The notes: generated from the letters alone by a model not told the origin. A DNA stretch of 42,704 nt from an uncultured Nitrososphaeraceae archaeon (GCA_963825865.1 CAWGVG010000061.1:1-42704), one strand, 5' to 3'; shown: positions 11,770 through 23,226, numbered from the stretch's first letter. Made by a program: numbers and translations.

Positions 11770-13123
11770 TGCAGTTTTTATAAAGATCAATGGAGAGGAA
11801 TGGGGGATTGGTTAGGTCCTAATTTTATTGCCACCTATAACAGGCAATATCGATCATTTGAAGAGGCTAAAGCATTTGTACATAGCCTTGGATTAAAGAA
11901 TAGCGCAGAGTGGACAAAATATGCCAAATCAACTGACAAGGCTGATGATATACCTGCCAGTCCGAGCGCAGTATATGAAGATCAATGGAAAAGCTGGGGA
12001 GATTGGTTAGGTACAAGTACTGTTGCATGGCAAGATAGAGTCTATAGACCATTTGAAGAGGCTAAAAGGTATATACACGCGTTCCAGTTTAGCAACAGAG
12101 AAAATTATGCGAAATGGTGTAAGTCTGGCAATAAGCCTGATGATATACCTGCCAGTCCGAGCGCAGTATATAAAGATCAATGGAAAAGCTGGGGAGATTG
12201 GTTAGGTACAGACTATATCATTCCTGCTAATAGCAGATATAGGCCCTTTGAAGAAGCTCGGGAATACATACACACTCTCCATCTCACTAAGAGAAATGAA
12301 TGGTTAGAATACTGTAGATCAGATAAGAAACCGATTGATATTCCTAGAAACCCAACTGCAGTATATGAAGATAAATGGATCAGTTGGCTTGATTGGCTTG
12401 GTTACAAGAAATTCAGAGATTTTGAGGAAGCTAAAAAGTATACTCATTCGCTAGCTCTAAAATCTTATAGTCCAGTGGCAAGTCTATTGCAGATCTGGAA
12501 AAAAGCCTGATGATATACCCAGTACCCCTAATCAAGTTTATAAAACGGAATGGAAAGCCTGGGGAGATTGGCTTGGTGCCTATAACGTTGCACCAAAAGA
12601 CAAATCAATTCGTCCCTGGTTTCAAGCAAGGGAATACATTCGTGGACAGGGATTAAAGAATGTAAGAGAATGGGATAGCTATTGCAGATCTGGAAAAAAG
12701 CCTGATGATATACCACATAATCCAGATACTGCATATAAGAAAGAATGGAAGGGATATCGAGATTTCCTTGGAAATGAAAAACCACAATATCGTCCATGGT
12801 CTGAGGCAAGGGATTTTGTTCGTAAATTAGGAATCACAAGTCAGGATGAATGGAATAACTATTGTAAAGCGGGAAGATTACCTGCTGACATACCAAAAAG
12901 TCCAGATGACTTTTATAAAAAAGAATGGAGTGGTTTGAAAGATTGGCTTGGATATGACTATCGCCCATGGCCTGAAGTTAGAGAATGGGCGCAGAAACAA
13001 GGATTGAAAAGTCAAAAAGAATTTAAAAACTATTGTAACGCAGGAAAATTACCTGCTGACATACCCAGACGCCCAGAGGCAGTTTATAAAGATGAATGGA
13101 AGAGCTGGGGAGATTTCCTTGGT
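11770..13123 (+). repeat. Tandem protein-repeat array, 7 full units of ~57-65 aa plus a partial first unit
   Basis: Consensus YRPF/WxEA+.....L....EW..YC.SG..P.DIP..P...Y...W..WGDWLG; DNA near-identity 11942-12015 vs 12137-12210 and 12484-12519 vs 12679-12714. Confidence 0.9.
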
Positions 13124-15680
13124 ACTGGGAGAATTGCAGATCAGGAAACAGGATGGTCAATAAGCAAAATAAAGGAATTATTAAAACATTTAATCGAAGG
13201 CAAAGTAATTTATGAGTGGGATGAAGCTGTTCTTTATTCACTTTTACTACGAAGAGGATTATTGAATTTAGATCACAAAAATCGACACTTTGGTTTTTTC
13301 AAAAACCTAATTGAAGCAAGTAGAACAGAAGAAGGTCGAAAAGCTATCGAGGAATATGCAAATTCAGATTCGGAGACACCGCCTGATTTATCGACATTAT
13401 CATCAGTTTCTGAAGATGATTCAGAACAAGAGATACAATCAGCATCATCACAAGAACTTTGCTAAACTAGTAGAAAACCAAGAGCCATTGGATTATGGCG
13501 AAATTGAGACAGCAGAACAAATTCTAGCCAATACAAATGTCTTGAATCAATCAATGTAGATGAAGAGGCCATGCAATTCTACCTTACATTATTCTATAGA
13601 TGAATTATGGAAAAGTGCATTCAGAGATAAAGAGAAGACTATTGCAGTACTGTTAAACAGGAAGGCAAGAATGGAAACAAATATCCATGACGCAGTAGTA
13701 GAGACATTTCTTTCAGATTATGAAGGAACACAAAACATCAAAACTCCAGATGGCTATGCATTTCCATCAGAATCCTACTCTAATGCAGTTATATGTAGCA
13801 TACAAAGTTAAGACACTTCCTTTCTTTGGAAATTTTTCTGGAACTGGTGCAGGTAAAACACTTTCAGCTGTATTAGCAAGTCGAGTAATAGACAGTAAAA
13901 TGACATTAATAGTATGTCCAAATGATGTTGTAGACCAATGGGCAAAAAATATTGTAGAGATATTTCCTAATTCTAAAGTTATAACAGGAAAGGAAGCATT
14001 TTATGCAAAATATGATGAAAGTAAATATCAATATCTGGTTTTAAACTATGATAAATTTAGTCAGGAAGAATCACCAAATCTTATCTTAAGACTTGTTAAA
14101 CAAAAAGTGGATTTTGTTGTTTTAGATGAAATTCACTTTGTAAAGAAAAGAGATGAGGATGCAAGTCAGAGGCGAAGAAATCTAGATGGTTTGATGACAG
14201 CTGTTAGAAAGAAAAATACCAACGTGAAGGTTCTTGGACTTTCAGCAACTCCTGTAGTAAACAACTTGATGGAAGGAGGTCTTTGTTGGAGTTGATAACA
14301 GGTAAAGATATATGATGATGTTTCCACCAAACCAACAATTCCAAATGCAGTTACACTATATGAAAAATTATCTACTATATCAATTAGAGAATTACCAAAA
14401 TATGATATCGATGTCACTTACACAAGACATACGATGTTGAAGCACAAGACCAGAAAATATTAGCATAAAACAACTAAAAAGAAATCCATCTAATCAATTG
14501 AACAATTTTTAACAGATGCTAAAATACCTGAGATAATTAAGACATATAGAAGGTCAGACAATTATCTATACAGAATATGTTACAGATGTAATTGAAAAAA
14601 TATCAAAAGCTGTAGAAAGTGCAGGATATTCATTATGCATTATATACTGGTTCAGACCATTCTGGACTAAAGAGATTTTTAGACAAAAAGGTTCAAGTTT
14701 TGATTGCTTCACGGCCTATTTCAACAGGAGTGGATGGACTACAGCATATCTGCAATAGATTAATTATCAATACGCTTCCATGGACCAATGCTCAATATCA
14801 ACAACTTCTTGGAAGATTGGTTAGAAAGGGACAGATTAGAGATGTGGTTCATGTATACATTATCAAAGCTAATATAAGTGGATATGCAATATGATCATCT
14901 GAAATGGAATAGAATTCAATTCAAACGTACATTAGCAGATTGTGCGTAGATGGCAGATTACCAGAAAAGAATCTTGTTACTCCACAACAAGCAGCAATGG
15001 AAGCAGTAAAATGGTTAGAAAGATTAGAACGTGGTGAAATATCTACTATTACAAGAAGAGACCTTGAAGTAGAATTAACTCCTAGTACAAATAGAACAAA
15101 GAATAAGAAAATATGGTGATTTTACAAAGACTAAATAACCAAATAAACAATGAAAATTCAGAAACAACTCATGAAAGAATGCTAAAAGATCCGAAGGAGT
15201 GGGAAGAATATCATAGACAATATAGAGAAGCACGAAAGACATGGACTATTATTCCGTATGAAGAAATAATTAAAAGAATTAAACAATTATCTCCAAGGCA
15301 TGCAAATAGGAGACTTTGGTTGTGGTGAAGCCAAAATTATGGAAGCAATTGGAGAGAAAGAGTTTATAGTTTTGACCATGTTGCAATAAATGACAAAGTA
15401 ACAGCATGTGATATGAAAAAAGTTCCATTAGCTGATGAAGCACTTAGATGTTGCTGTTTTCTCTTTATCTCTAATGGGTAAGAATTGGCATGACTATATT
15501 ATCAGAAGCAAAAAGATGTCTTGTCACAAATGGTATATTTGACTAATTGCAGAAACAACAAAATCTTTGAAAGAAGGAAGACTATCAAATATTAGAGAGG
15601 TAATTAAAGAGAAAGGTTTTGAAATATATACAGATGAAGAAAGAGGAGACTTTACATTTATTGAAGCAAGAGAATTGTAG
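11770..15680 (+). CDS. Fusion: tandem 'integrase-repeat' array + SF2 helicase + Rrp8/NML-like SAM methyltransferase (multiple frameshifts)
   Basis: Seven repeats ending WxDW/FLG; helicase motifs GTGAGKT, CP, LDEIH, SATP, TGVDGLQ, QLLGRLVRKGQ; methyltransferase WEEYHRQYR, GDFGCGEAKI, SFDHVA, ACDMKKVPL, DVAVFSLSLMG; stop TAG at 15678-15680. Confidence 0.85.
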
Positions 15681-15837
15681 TTACATATTCTATATTTACA
15701 AGGTGAAAGCACAGGTTGTTGTCAGAAAGATCTACTGTAATAATGACCATAATAAGTCAAAAATGGTAAGACGCTCTTTTCATAATTATCCATCTTAACC
15801 ATCACCTTAGTATTGATTCACACTTTGGCTTGACACC

Positions 15838-15950
15838 GTTTCCGTCTTCTCATCTAATTAAGAGTCATTGAAAGAAACAAAGGCATGGTATTGGCCGCAA
15901 GGGTGAAACCAGTATTTCCGTCTTCTCATCTAATTACGAGTCATTGAAAG
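15838..15950 (+). CRISPR. CRISPR mini-array: two 37-bp repeats, one 39-bp spacer
   Basis: GTTTCCGTCTTCTCATCTAATTAAGAGTCATTGAAAG (15838-15874) and ATTTCCGTCTTCTCATCTAATTACGAGTCATTGAAAG (15914-15950); canonical GTTT...ATTGAAAG ends; directly adjacent to a cas-type gene. Confidence 0.85.
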
Positions 15951-15953
15951 AGG

Positions 15954-16572
15954 ATGCAATTTTTCCTTATTTTGTTCAGAAAGTATCTGGAAGATCTTAG
16001 GACAGAACATAACCGTAACGCTCCTAAACTTTCTTCACAATATACCAATCTAAAGGGCAACGTACCAAGCACATACATTATCACAGATGTCTTTCAGAAT
16101 GCTAGAAGAAGATCATCAGAAGGAAATTATGACGATGCTGTCGCCAGACTATATAGATGCCTAGAAATGGTTGTACCAGTATGTACTGCTCTTGGAATAT
16201 AATTTATCTTCTTCTAATATTGACTTGAAGATACTAGAAGAAAAAAAGATACCCGATATTTTATTTCAGAAACTATCCAGTAAAAGGAATGGAAAACAAA
16301 ACATTGAAGTGGGTCTGGTTGAAGGCTTTGAACTTCTTTCCCCCTAAACAAAGAACATCCCGTTGTAATTGAATACTTGACTCAAAGAGAAATCCTTAAG
16401 AAGAACCTAGATTATAAAAATAGCTCAATTCTGGCACATGGCGTGACTCCTGTAGATAAGGAAAAATATATAAAAATGGAATATTAGAAAATTTATTGTC
16501 AAACTCATACCAGATATTGATGACAGGCTGAAGCAATTGGAAGATCTTTTTTTAAGAATGATGTTAACATAG
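15954..16572 (+). pseudogene. C-terminal half of CRISPR-associated Cas02710/TIGR02710-type (Csm6/Csx1-like) HEPN protein
   Basis: DVFQNARRRSSEGNYDDAVARLYRCLEM, IEVGLVEGFELL, and KNSSILAHG (HEPN RxxxxxxH-like) at 16416-16442; the N-terminal CARF region is absent. Confidence 0.75.
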
Positions 16573-16674
16573 GGTTCAGTTGTGTTAGTCAAAGACACTG
16601 AAGTATCACTTCTCAGCAATTAAGCAGTCAAGTCAGTCAACCTTCGAAAATCTAGCAATTCTTAACTCTACTCT

Positions 16675-18192
16675 TCAATTTTTATGATTGCCTTGGTATT
16701 CACTCAATCTGTAGAAATGCAACGCTAACCTAAACGCATCAAACACATCGTCATATGACGTAGCTTCTTTATCCAACACACCATCATTTTCCACTGCCGT
16801 CCTTAGCGACGTTATCAACTTGTCAAACTTTGGATTTATTGCGATATATCCTCCTTCTCTTTCCAAAAACATCTTGCAATTTCCCAGCATTGACTTATGC
16901 TCGGTTGAGAAATTTACGGGAACAACATCCATGCTAAACTCATAATTTCTCTTTCTGCTCTTTGCTTCCTTTTATCTCCTCATATTCTTCGTCTTCTCCT
17001 ATCTGTATCTTCAGAGCCCGTATGAATGAGGGGTTGGAGCCATCAATGTATATCTTGTTTATTTTGCCAAATCTCCTGAAGAGGTCCCATACGACAGATA
17101 GCATCTGGTTAAAGTCAGGCCTCTGGTATTCCTCTGCATGCATTACCTGTATCTGGTTGTCAACACGCTGAGTAACTACAATTCCAAAGGCAGATGATCC
17201 AAAAGCTGGATCTATGCCCATTGATTTTTGGGAGTAGTCGTTTATCCCAGATGGGCTGTATCCCGTGCATTTCTGTATCGCAACTTCAATATCTTTGGTA
17301 TGGAAGACGTTTCCAATAAGCCCGAGGTATTTTAAATTATACTCCCTTTCAAATGACGGTGAGGCTTTGGCCTTATCTATCTCCCCTTGAGTGTATATCT
17401 TGCCAAGGCCATAAGTATAATCTAAGAGCAGCCTTTTGTATAGGCAAGTTTGTTCATCTTCTTTCTCTATATGTTCAAATAATCCATCAGGAGCATTTGG
17501 AGTTGAGACCATCACAATGTAAGGGTCTGACTTTGCAATGTAACGCTCGGAAACATGCCTGACATCTTCCTGTTCTCCTTTCCTGAAAAAGTCAGCTTCG
17601 TCTAGCAGTATGAACTTGGGGTTATCCAGCGCTCTATAAGCATCTATGTGATTTGAAGGATAAGCTTCAATTCTGCCAGCCATTCAGCTCCAATACTGTT
17701 TCCTTGTTTGCAAAAGTCAACCCTAGCTTTCGCTCAAATAACGACTTCATCCTCTTAATTAGCTTGATGGCAATGTCTATGTTAGGGCCTGTAACTATGC
17801 ACATCTGTGAATTTCTATAATTATTATCCCTCAGACAAAGCCATGCCATAAACCGCAGAAAGAATTCCGTTACTCCTAGTCCTGTCGCCTTCTTTATCCA
17901 CAGGTGCTTGTCTTTGAAGCCATGATTTAGTGGATTGCAAATGTCCGGCGAGAGCAGAGCCTCATACAATAGTTCCTGATAATCGAAAATGGGTTTCTCT
18001 AATCCCTCTTTTGTAGGTAAGCCAATTATGTGATTAAAACAGCATTCTCCTTTTGTCCTGATATCTTTTTGCTTGTGCTCTTCTATGTTCCAGATCCAGA
18101 ATGGTTTGTTCTGTAATTTGTCAAATGAGTGTGTTTGTTGTTGTTGATGGGAGCTGCTTGCTTATCTTCTTCCTCAGGTCCTTGAATGTCAT
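16675..18192 (-). CDS. Terminase large subunit-like protein (ATPase + RNase H-fold nuclease), frameshifted
   Basis: Starts MTFKDLRKK at 18192; IKKATGLGVTE (deviant Walker A), ILLDEADF (Walker B), VSTP, GIDPAF, YIDGSN, DDVFDAFRLA. Confidence 0.8.
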
Positions 18193-18362
18193 TGGTGTGA
18201 TTCTTATCTACAGTAACAGTATCATCAACTTTATGTTTTTCTAATTTGGGTTTGATAGATGATGATTTGTCATACAGCTCTTCCATACTCCTGTAAAAGA
18301 ATATAAAAATAAAAAAAGTTTTTATTTATTTATCTATTATCTTCTTCTCCTTGTTGTTGTTT

Positions 18363-19734
18363 TCAATCAACACCCTTCTTGAAGAATATGTCAAAGTTAC
18401 CTGGTGTATTGTCTTGCCATACTACATAGATGTTGCCGCCACTTGAGATAATCTGCGGAACAGATGATTCTCCATTATTGTTGCTTAGGTTTTTAGTACT
18501 TCCAAATGTATCTCCTTCATTACCACTTGCTTTGAAGAATATGTCAAAGTTTCCTAGTTCCCCGTTGTCTTGCCATACAATACGTACTGCATCTGAAACT
18601 GAAGATATTTGTGCATTCCTTGAGTCTCCATCATTGTTGCTTAGGTTTTTAGTACTTGCAAATGTAGAGCCGTTATTGGTACTAACTCTGAAGAGTATGT
18701 CAAGGTTTCCTGGTGTCCTGTCTTGCCATACAATATACACATTGCTTCCATGCAGATCCATCTGTGGATTAAATGAATCTCCATCATTGTTGCTTAGGTT
18801 ACTTATACTTCCAAAATGAGCTCCATTATCATGTACTTTTTACAAATAGTATGTCATTGCATTGTAAGTTAATATCGCAAGCAGTTTCAAAAGGACGATC
18901 GTTCCATACCAAGTATACATTGCTGCCTGTTGCCTCTAAATCCAAACCCGCTCGTCGTTGGTCGCATAGAAGATTATCATTTATCCTATTAAAACCTCCA
19001 AAGCTACTACCGCTATTTGTACTCCTTACAAACTCTAAATCTGCATCGTCAGGACATTCACCATGGTCACCTGCTCCACCAATCCAGGCTACATATACGT
19101 TATTTCCTGTTGCAGCTATACGAATACTAAATATAGTTTCATCGGACCGCGGAGCACTGAGATTCTTTACATCTCCAAAGCTTGCTCCTTCATTTGTACT
19201 TCTCTTAAAGAATACCTGATTTCCATCCTGCTGTGAGACGAATTCAACCCACGCTACATATACGTTATTTCCAACTGCAGCTATTTGTGGAGTACGCGAC
19301 TTATCTTCATCATTGCTAAGATTTATAGTACTTTTAAAATGAGCTCCATTATCAGTACTTCTTTTAAAGAACACATCGCCATTTTCGCTCCATACAACGT
19401 ATACATTATTTCCTATCTTGGTAACCTTTTGATCGGTTGCTTCTCCAGCTACATTATTGCTTAAATCTACAATACTATGAAAGCTATTACCAGCACCACT
19501 GCTTCTTCTAAAGAATGTATCACCGTCTCCTTTAGTCTTATCTTCCCATACTGCATATACATTACTAGAAGATACCTCTACTCGTGGATTTAGCGAACCG
19601 CCATCATCATTGTTACTAAGATTCTTTGTATTTTCAAAAGTTATTGCAAATGCTGGTTGGAGTATTTGATTTGGGGCAATAGCAACTGTGCCAGATATCA
19701 TCAACAATACTACTACTATTGGTATTAGCAGCAT
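18363..19734 (-). CDS. Secreted BNR/Asp-box (sialidase-like) beta-propeller protein, frameshift near 18815
   Basis: Signal peptide; repeated NVYVVW...DIFFKRSTDNGAxF...NLSNN. Confidence 0.85.
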
Positions 19735-19775
19735 CTTTGTTATTCTTGTTTTATCTACTTAATAAGCTCCATGAA

Positions 19776-19805
19776 AACAATGTTGAACAATGTTGAACAA
19801 TGTTC
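19776..19805. repeat. 10-bp tandem repeat x3 (AACAATGTTG)
   Basis: aacaatgttg aacaatgttg aacaatgttc between divergent genes. Confidence 0.7.
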
Positions 19806-19856
19806 TCACCATATTTATTTTGATGCCAATACATATCATATATGTTTATCAGAAAT

Positions 19857-21246
19857 ATGTTTCGCAACATAGAACGTCGTTATGTTAAGGGCAATCTTAC
19901 TATCATCATCTTTGCAACAACGATTCTTTTATTAGATCTCTTGTGTAATTAGAAGCTTAGAGCTATATTCCTCTTCACATAGGATATCTATCTGACAAGC
20001 TCTTTGATGTCCTATAGCAAATTATGTAAGAAACCTTTGATATTCAGGTCATTTACCGGAGTAACTGTATCTGAATTTGAATCCATTTGTAACGAAATTG
20101 AACATAACTACGAAGAGCACGAAAGAAGACGTCTTCTATCAAGGACGAGAATACGGGATATAGGTGCTGGTAGACCATTTAAGCTTAAAGTTAAAGAAAG
20201 ATTCGTTATGCTTCTAGTATACTACAGATTATACATTACATATACATTATCAGGATTTCTGTTTGACCTTGATCAAAGCAATGTTTGTAGAGATATATCA
20301 ATGATGGAACCACTTATCAAGGAGTGTATTCCATTGCCAAAGAAGATATACAAACGTACTAGGAGATTAAGAACTATAGATGAAGTAGAAGAGTACTTCC
20401 TGGATTCAAGGCTTTCATAGACTCTACAGAACAAGAAATTCCAAGACCTAAGAACAAAAGAAGAAGGAAGAGTTACTATTCAGGTAGAAAGAAGAAACAT
20501 ACTGTCAAGACACAATTGATGGTAAACAGTGAAGGATTGATACTGCATAAGACAGGTCACAGAAGTGGAAGAAAACATGATTATGACATTTACAAACACA
20601 ATCATTCTATAACTCCATCACAAGTTGAAAACATAGTTGATCTTGGTTATCTTGGCATTGAAAAGGACTTTCCCACTGTAAAGTCTGTACTTGGTATCAA
20701 AAAGAAAAAGGGTACATTGCTTTCATGTGATGAAAGAACTTACAACAAGAATCATTCTAGGCTAAGGATCATAGTAGAACATACCATATGTAAGATCAAA
20801 AAGTTTGGAATAATGGGTACTAAATTTAGAAACAGATTAAGGAATACAATAACGTATCTGATATAATATCCGGTCTCCTGAACTTCAGAGTTATACAGTC
20901 TGACAGCATTTCAATCTAAGAAGACGGCTAAAACAAGTAGGGTGTTAGACTATAGTCCTAATTACGCAAGAGATCTATTATTATCATCGTCATCGCTTTT
21001 AGTAGGAAATCTACAAATCCCCACAACATCATTGAAAAAGGCTGATGCTCAACTAACGACTACTACTGCTGCAGCCAACACCTGCACTAACCTAGCAATT
21101 GCTAATGTCATAGCTCAGTGGTAATGATGGTAATGTACCATCTAATACTATAGACAACAACCTTAACACCAGGTGGTCAAACCTTGATATTGGTTCATGG
21201 ATAAGGCTTGACCTGGGCATACAGAAGGTTATCTGCAGCGTAGATA
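19857..21246 (+). pseudogene. Secreted F5/8 type C (discoidin) domain protein disrupted by two IS elements
   Basis: MFRNIERRYVKGNLTIIIFATTILLL | IS | LLSSSSLLVG...; then GNDGNVPSNTIDNNLNTRWSNLDIGSWIRLDLG, cut by the IS at 21247. Confidence 0.75.
19935..20975 (+). mobile_element. IS5-family (ISL2-like) insertion sequence, copy 2, transposase about 20004-20900 (frameshifted)
   Basis: Same TIRs as copy 1 and TA flanks; ORFs 20004..20420 and 20516..20866 are near-identical to the copy 1 transposase. Confidence 0.9.
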
Positions 21247-22362
21247 GGGGTTGTTGCCTAATTTGATATCGCATATGGTGTCACCTTTATTCCCAGTTTG
21301 TTTGCACATTGTAGTCTGTTAAGGACTTCTAGGTTCCAGCCTATTGATTTAATTAATCCAAATCTTTTCTGATTGTTCTTTAATCTGAATGTGCAGTATA
21401 GCTGATGATGATGATGTTTAGTTTCTTCAGCTCCAAATATTCCTTCTATCAATCCTCTATAACGATATATTGATGCATTGAATATCTTTGCAGCCTTCTT
21501 TCTGTATTTGTTCTTCTTACTACTGCTATTCTTGTTCTTGGAGTTTTTTCTCTGCTTGATATTTGGAAGCATGTTCATGTTAAACACTGACTGGAAGTTC
21601 TTGTTGCCATCATAACCTCTGTTACCATTGAATGTTGAACCTGCAAAGTCTAATCTATATTTCTTCAATCTGTTTAGCATTGTTCGGAGTACTGGAGAAT
21701 CGTGTGTTTTCTTACTGGTAAGTCGTGTATTAAGTATTATGAGATGATCAAGTATCCCTGTGATATGCCATTTCAGATACTGTTTTACCCTTATCTTTTC
21801 GAATTTCTTACTACTATTTTTGATAAATCGTAATTCGTATCCTGTACCTGTTTGTCTCTACACCGGTGCTATCTGATGCGAGAATACCCTTCTTCCAGCC
21901 TGATTCTTTCAAACATAGATAAGCTGACCATATTCAGTACACGTTCAAGATATATCAGCGGTATCTTCTTGAATGTACGTGATATCCACGTATGATCTGG
22001 ATATGGCTCGTTATTCCATGGCAAATTAAGAGAGGGTACTATATTCTGTATATCTCTGTACGTTGAACCGAAAACAACCATCAATATACAAATACAGACA
22101 AGTTTTTCCCAAGAATGAATTGGTTTCCTTCCTCTATTACTGTTCTTCTTTGAAGTAGGAGGAGGATTTTCTTTGACCAGAGAAACTATATTTTCGATAA
22201 GCATATCTCGTTCTAGGGTATGTGCTAGATGGTAACACAACCAGTAACCATCTTTCCTCTTGTGCTTGCAAGTCAATAAGAGGGTGCATACCCTTTCTAA
22301 GCTAAATCGAAAACCGTGAAATCATATTTACAGTCAATTAAAACGAATTAGGCAACAACCCC
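21247..22362 (-). mobile_element. IS5-family (DDE_Tnp_1 type) insertion sequence, transposase 21258-22276 (frameshifted)
   Basis: Perfect 17-bp TIR GGGGTTGTTGCCTAATT / AATTAGGCAACAACCCC; PDHTWISR, RGYD, YRYRGLIEGIFG; no TSD. Confidence 0.85.
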
Positions 22363-22510
22363 GGTTCAAGGCTTTATCCGCCATTTCCGAGCCATCATGC
22401 GGCACCAATATTGTGTTATATTGGGGATTAGTATCAGAAGAAGCCTGAGGAGGAGAAGGCGTACTTGAAGTTGTTATTGGATGTTCTGATTCTGTTTTTC
22501 CTATATGCAT
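22363..22510 (-). pseudogene. UspA N-terminal fragment truncated by IS
   Basis: Reverse strand reads YNTILVPHDGSEMADKALN and ends at the IS TIR. Confidence 0.7.
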
Positions 22511-22724
22511 GCATAAATTAATGAGAATCTAAGTATTAATAAACCATTAAACTATAATAATACCCCTTCTTTCACTTAACGTATAAAAATATTTTACAAA
22601 TGGTTGATAATCCTGCGATTTTGAAAATATAACTTATCAAATATTAATTACAAAGAAATATAATTGTCATTTGTTCAGCATTTACTCCAACAGCCTTATA
22701 TCTTTCAAATATATCAGGGAAAAT

Positions 22725-22868
22725 ATGTTAGAAAATATAGCATACGTAGGTCTTGGCTTTACAACAGTCTTCTTCGCATTGGAAACAGCATGGCACTTCA
22801 CAGCGTGCAAGATACATGATAAATCAATAAAGCCTTGCTTCTACAAGCAAGTTGGATTATTGAAATAA
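22725..22868 (+). CDS. Small membrane protein
   Basis: MLENIAYVGLGFTTVFFALETAWHFTACK; one TM segment and a Cys pair. Confidence 0.5.
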   Translation: MLENIAYVGLGFTTVFFALETAWHFTACKIHDKSIKPCFYKQVGLLK

Positions 22869-23226
22869 AGAGAGAGAGGTTACTGACTGTGGCAAGTATT
22901 GAAAGCAGTAATAGAGCTAGAAGAAGGACAAAATCGCTAAAGACGAAGACAACTTCATTAACAGACAAGATTCCTATAATATCGTCTTCATTCAATGCTA
23001 TTGAATACAAAGAATCATAACTCGTGATGGTTTTGGTTACTTTTCAACGACTAATGACTAAATAAAGAACTTACGGTGGCAAGGTTTGCGCGCAAAGCAA
23101 TACTGATCCTAGAGATGCTAAAACATTTCCATTTACAATATCGTAAAATAGTGGTTTAGAAAATGGTTATCCGCGCTGTATTATTATTACCTTTCAACAC
23201 CTTAGATAAAATTTCCGATGAGTTAA

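Noticed and set aside
11942-12714. Regularly spaced DNA repeats as a CRISPR array
   Set aside because: The 195-bp period is codon-phased and fully explained by protein repeats.
3375-20975. Composite transposon formed by two inverted ISL2-like copies around the defence island
   Set aside because: Both flanks of copy 2 belong to one gene whose frame is restored on IS removal, so it is an independent insertion. The shared TATTA at the outer flanks is expected from TA/AT-rich targeting.
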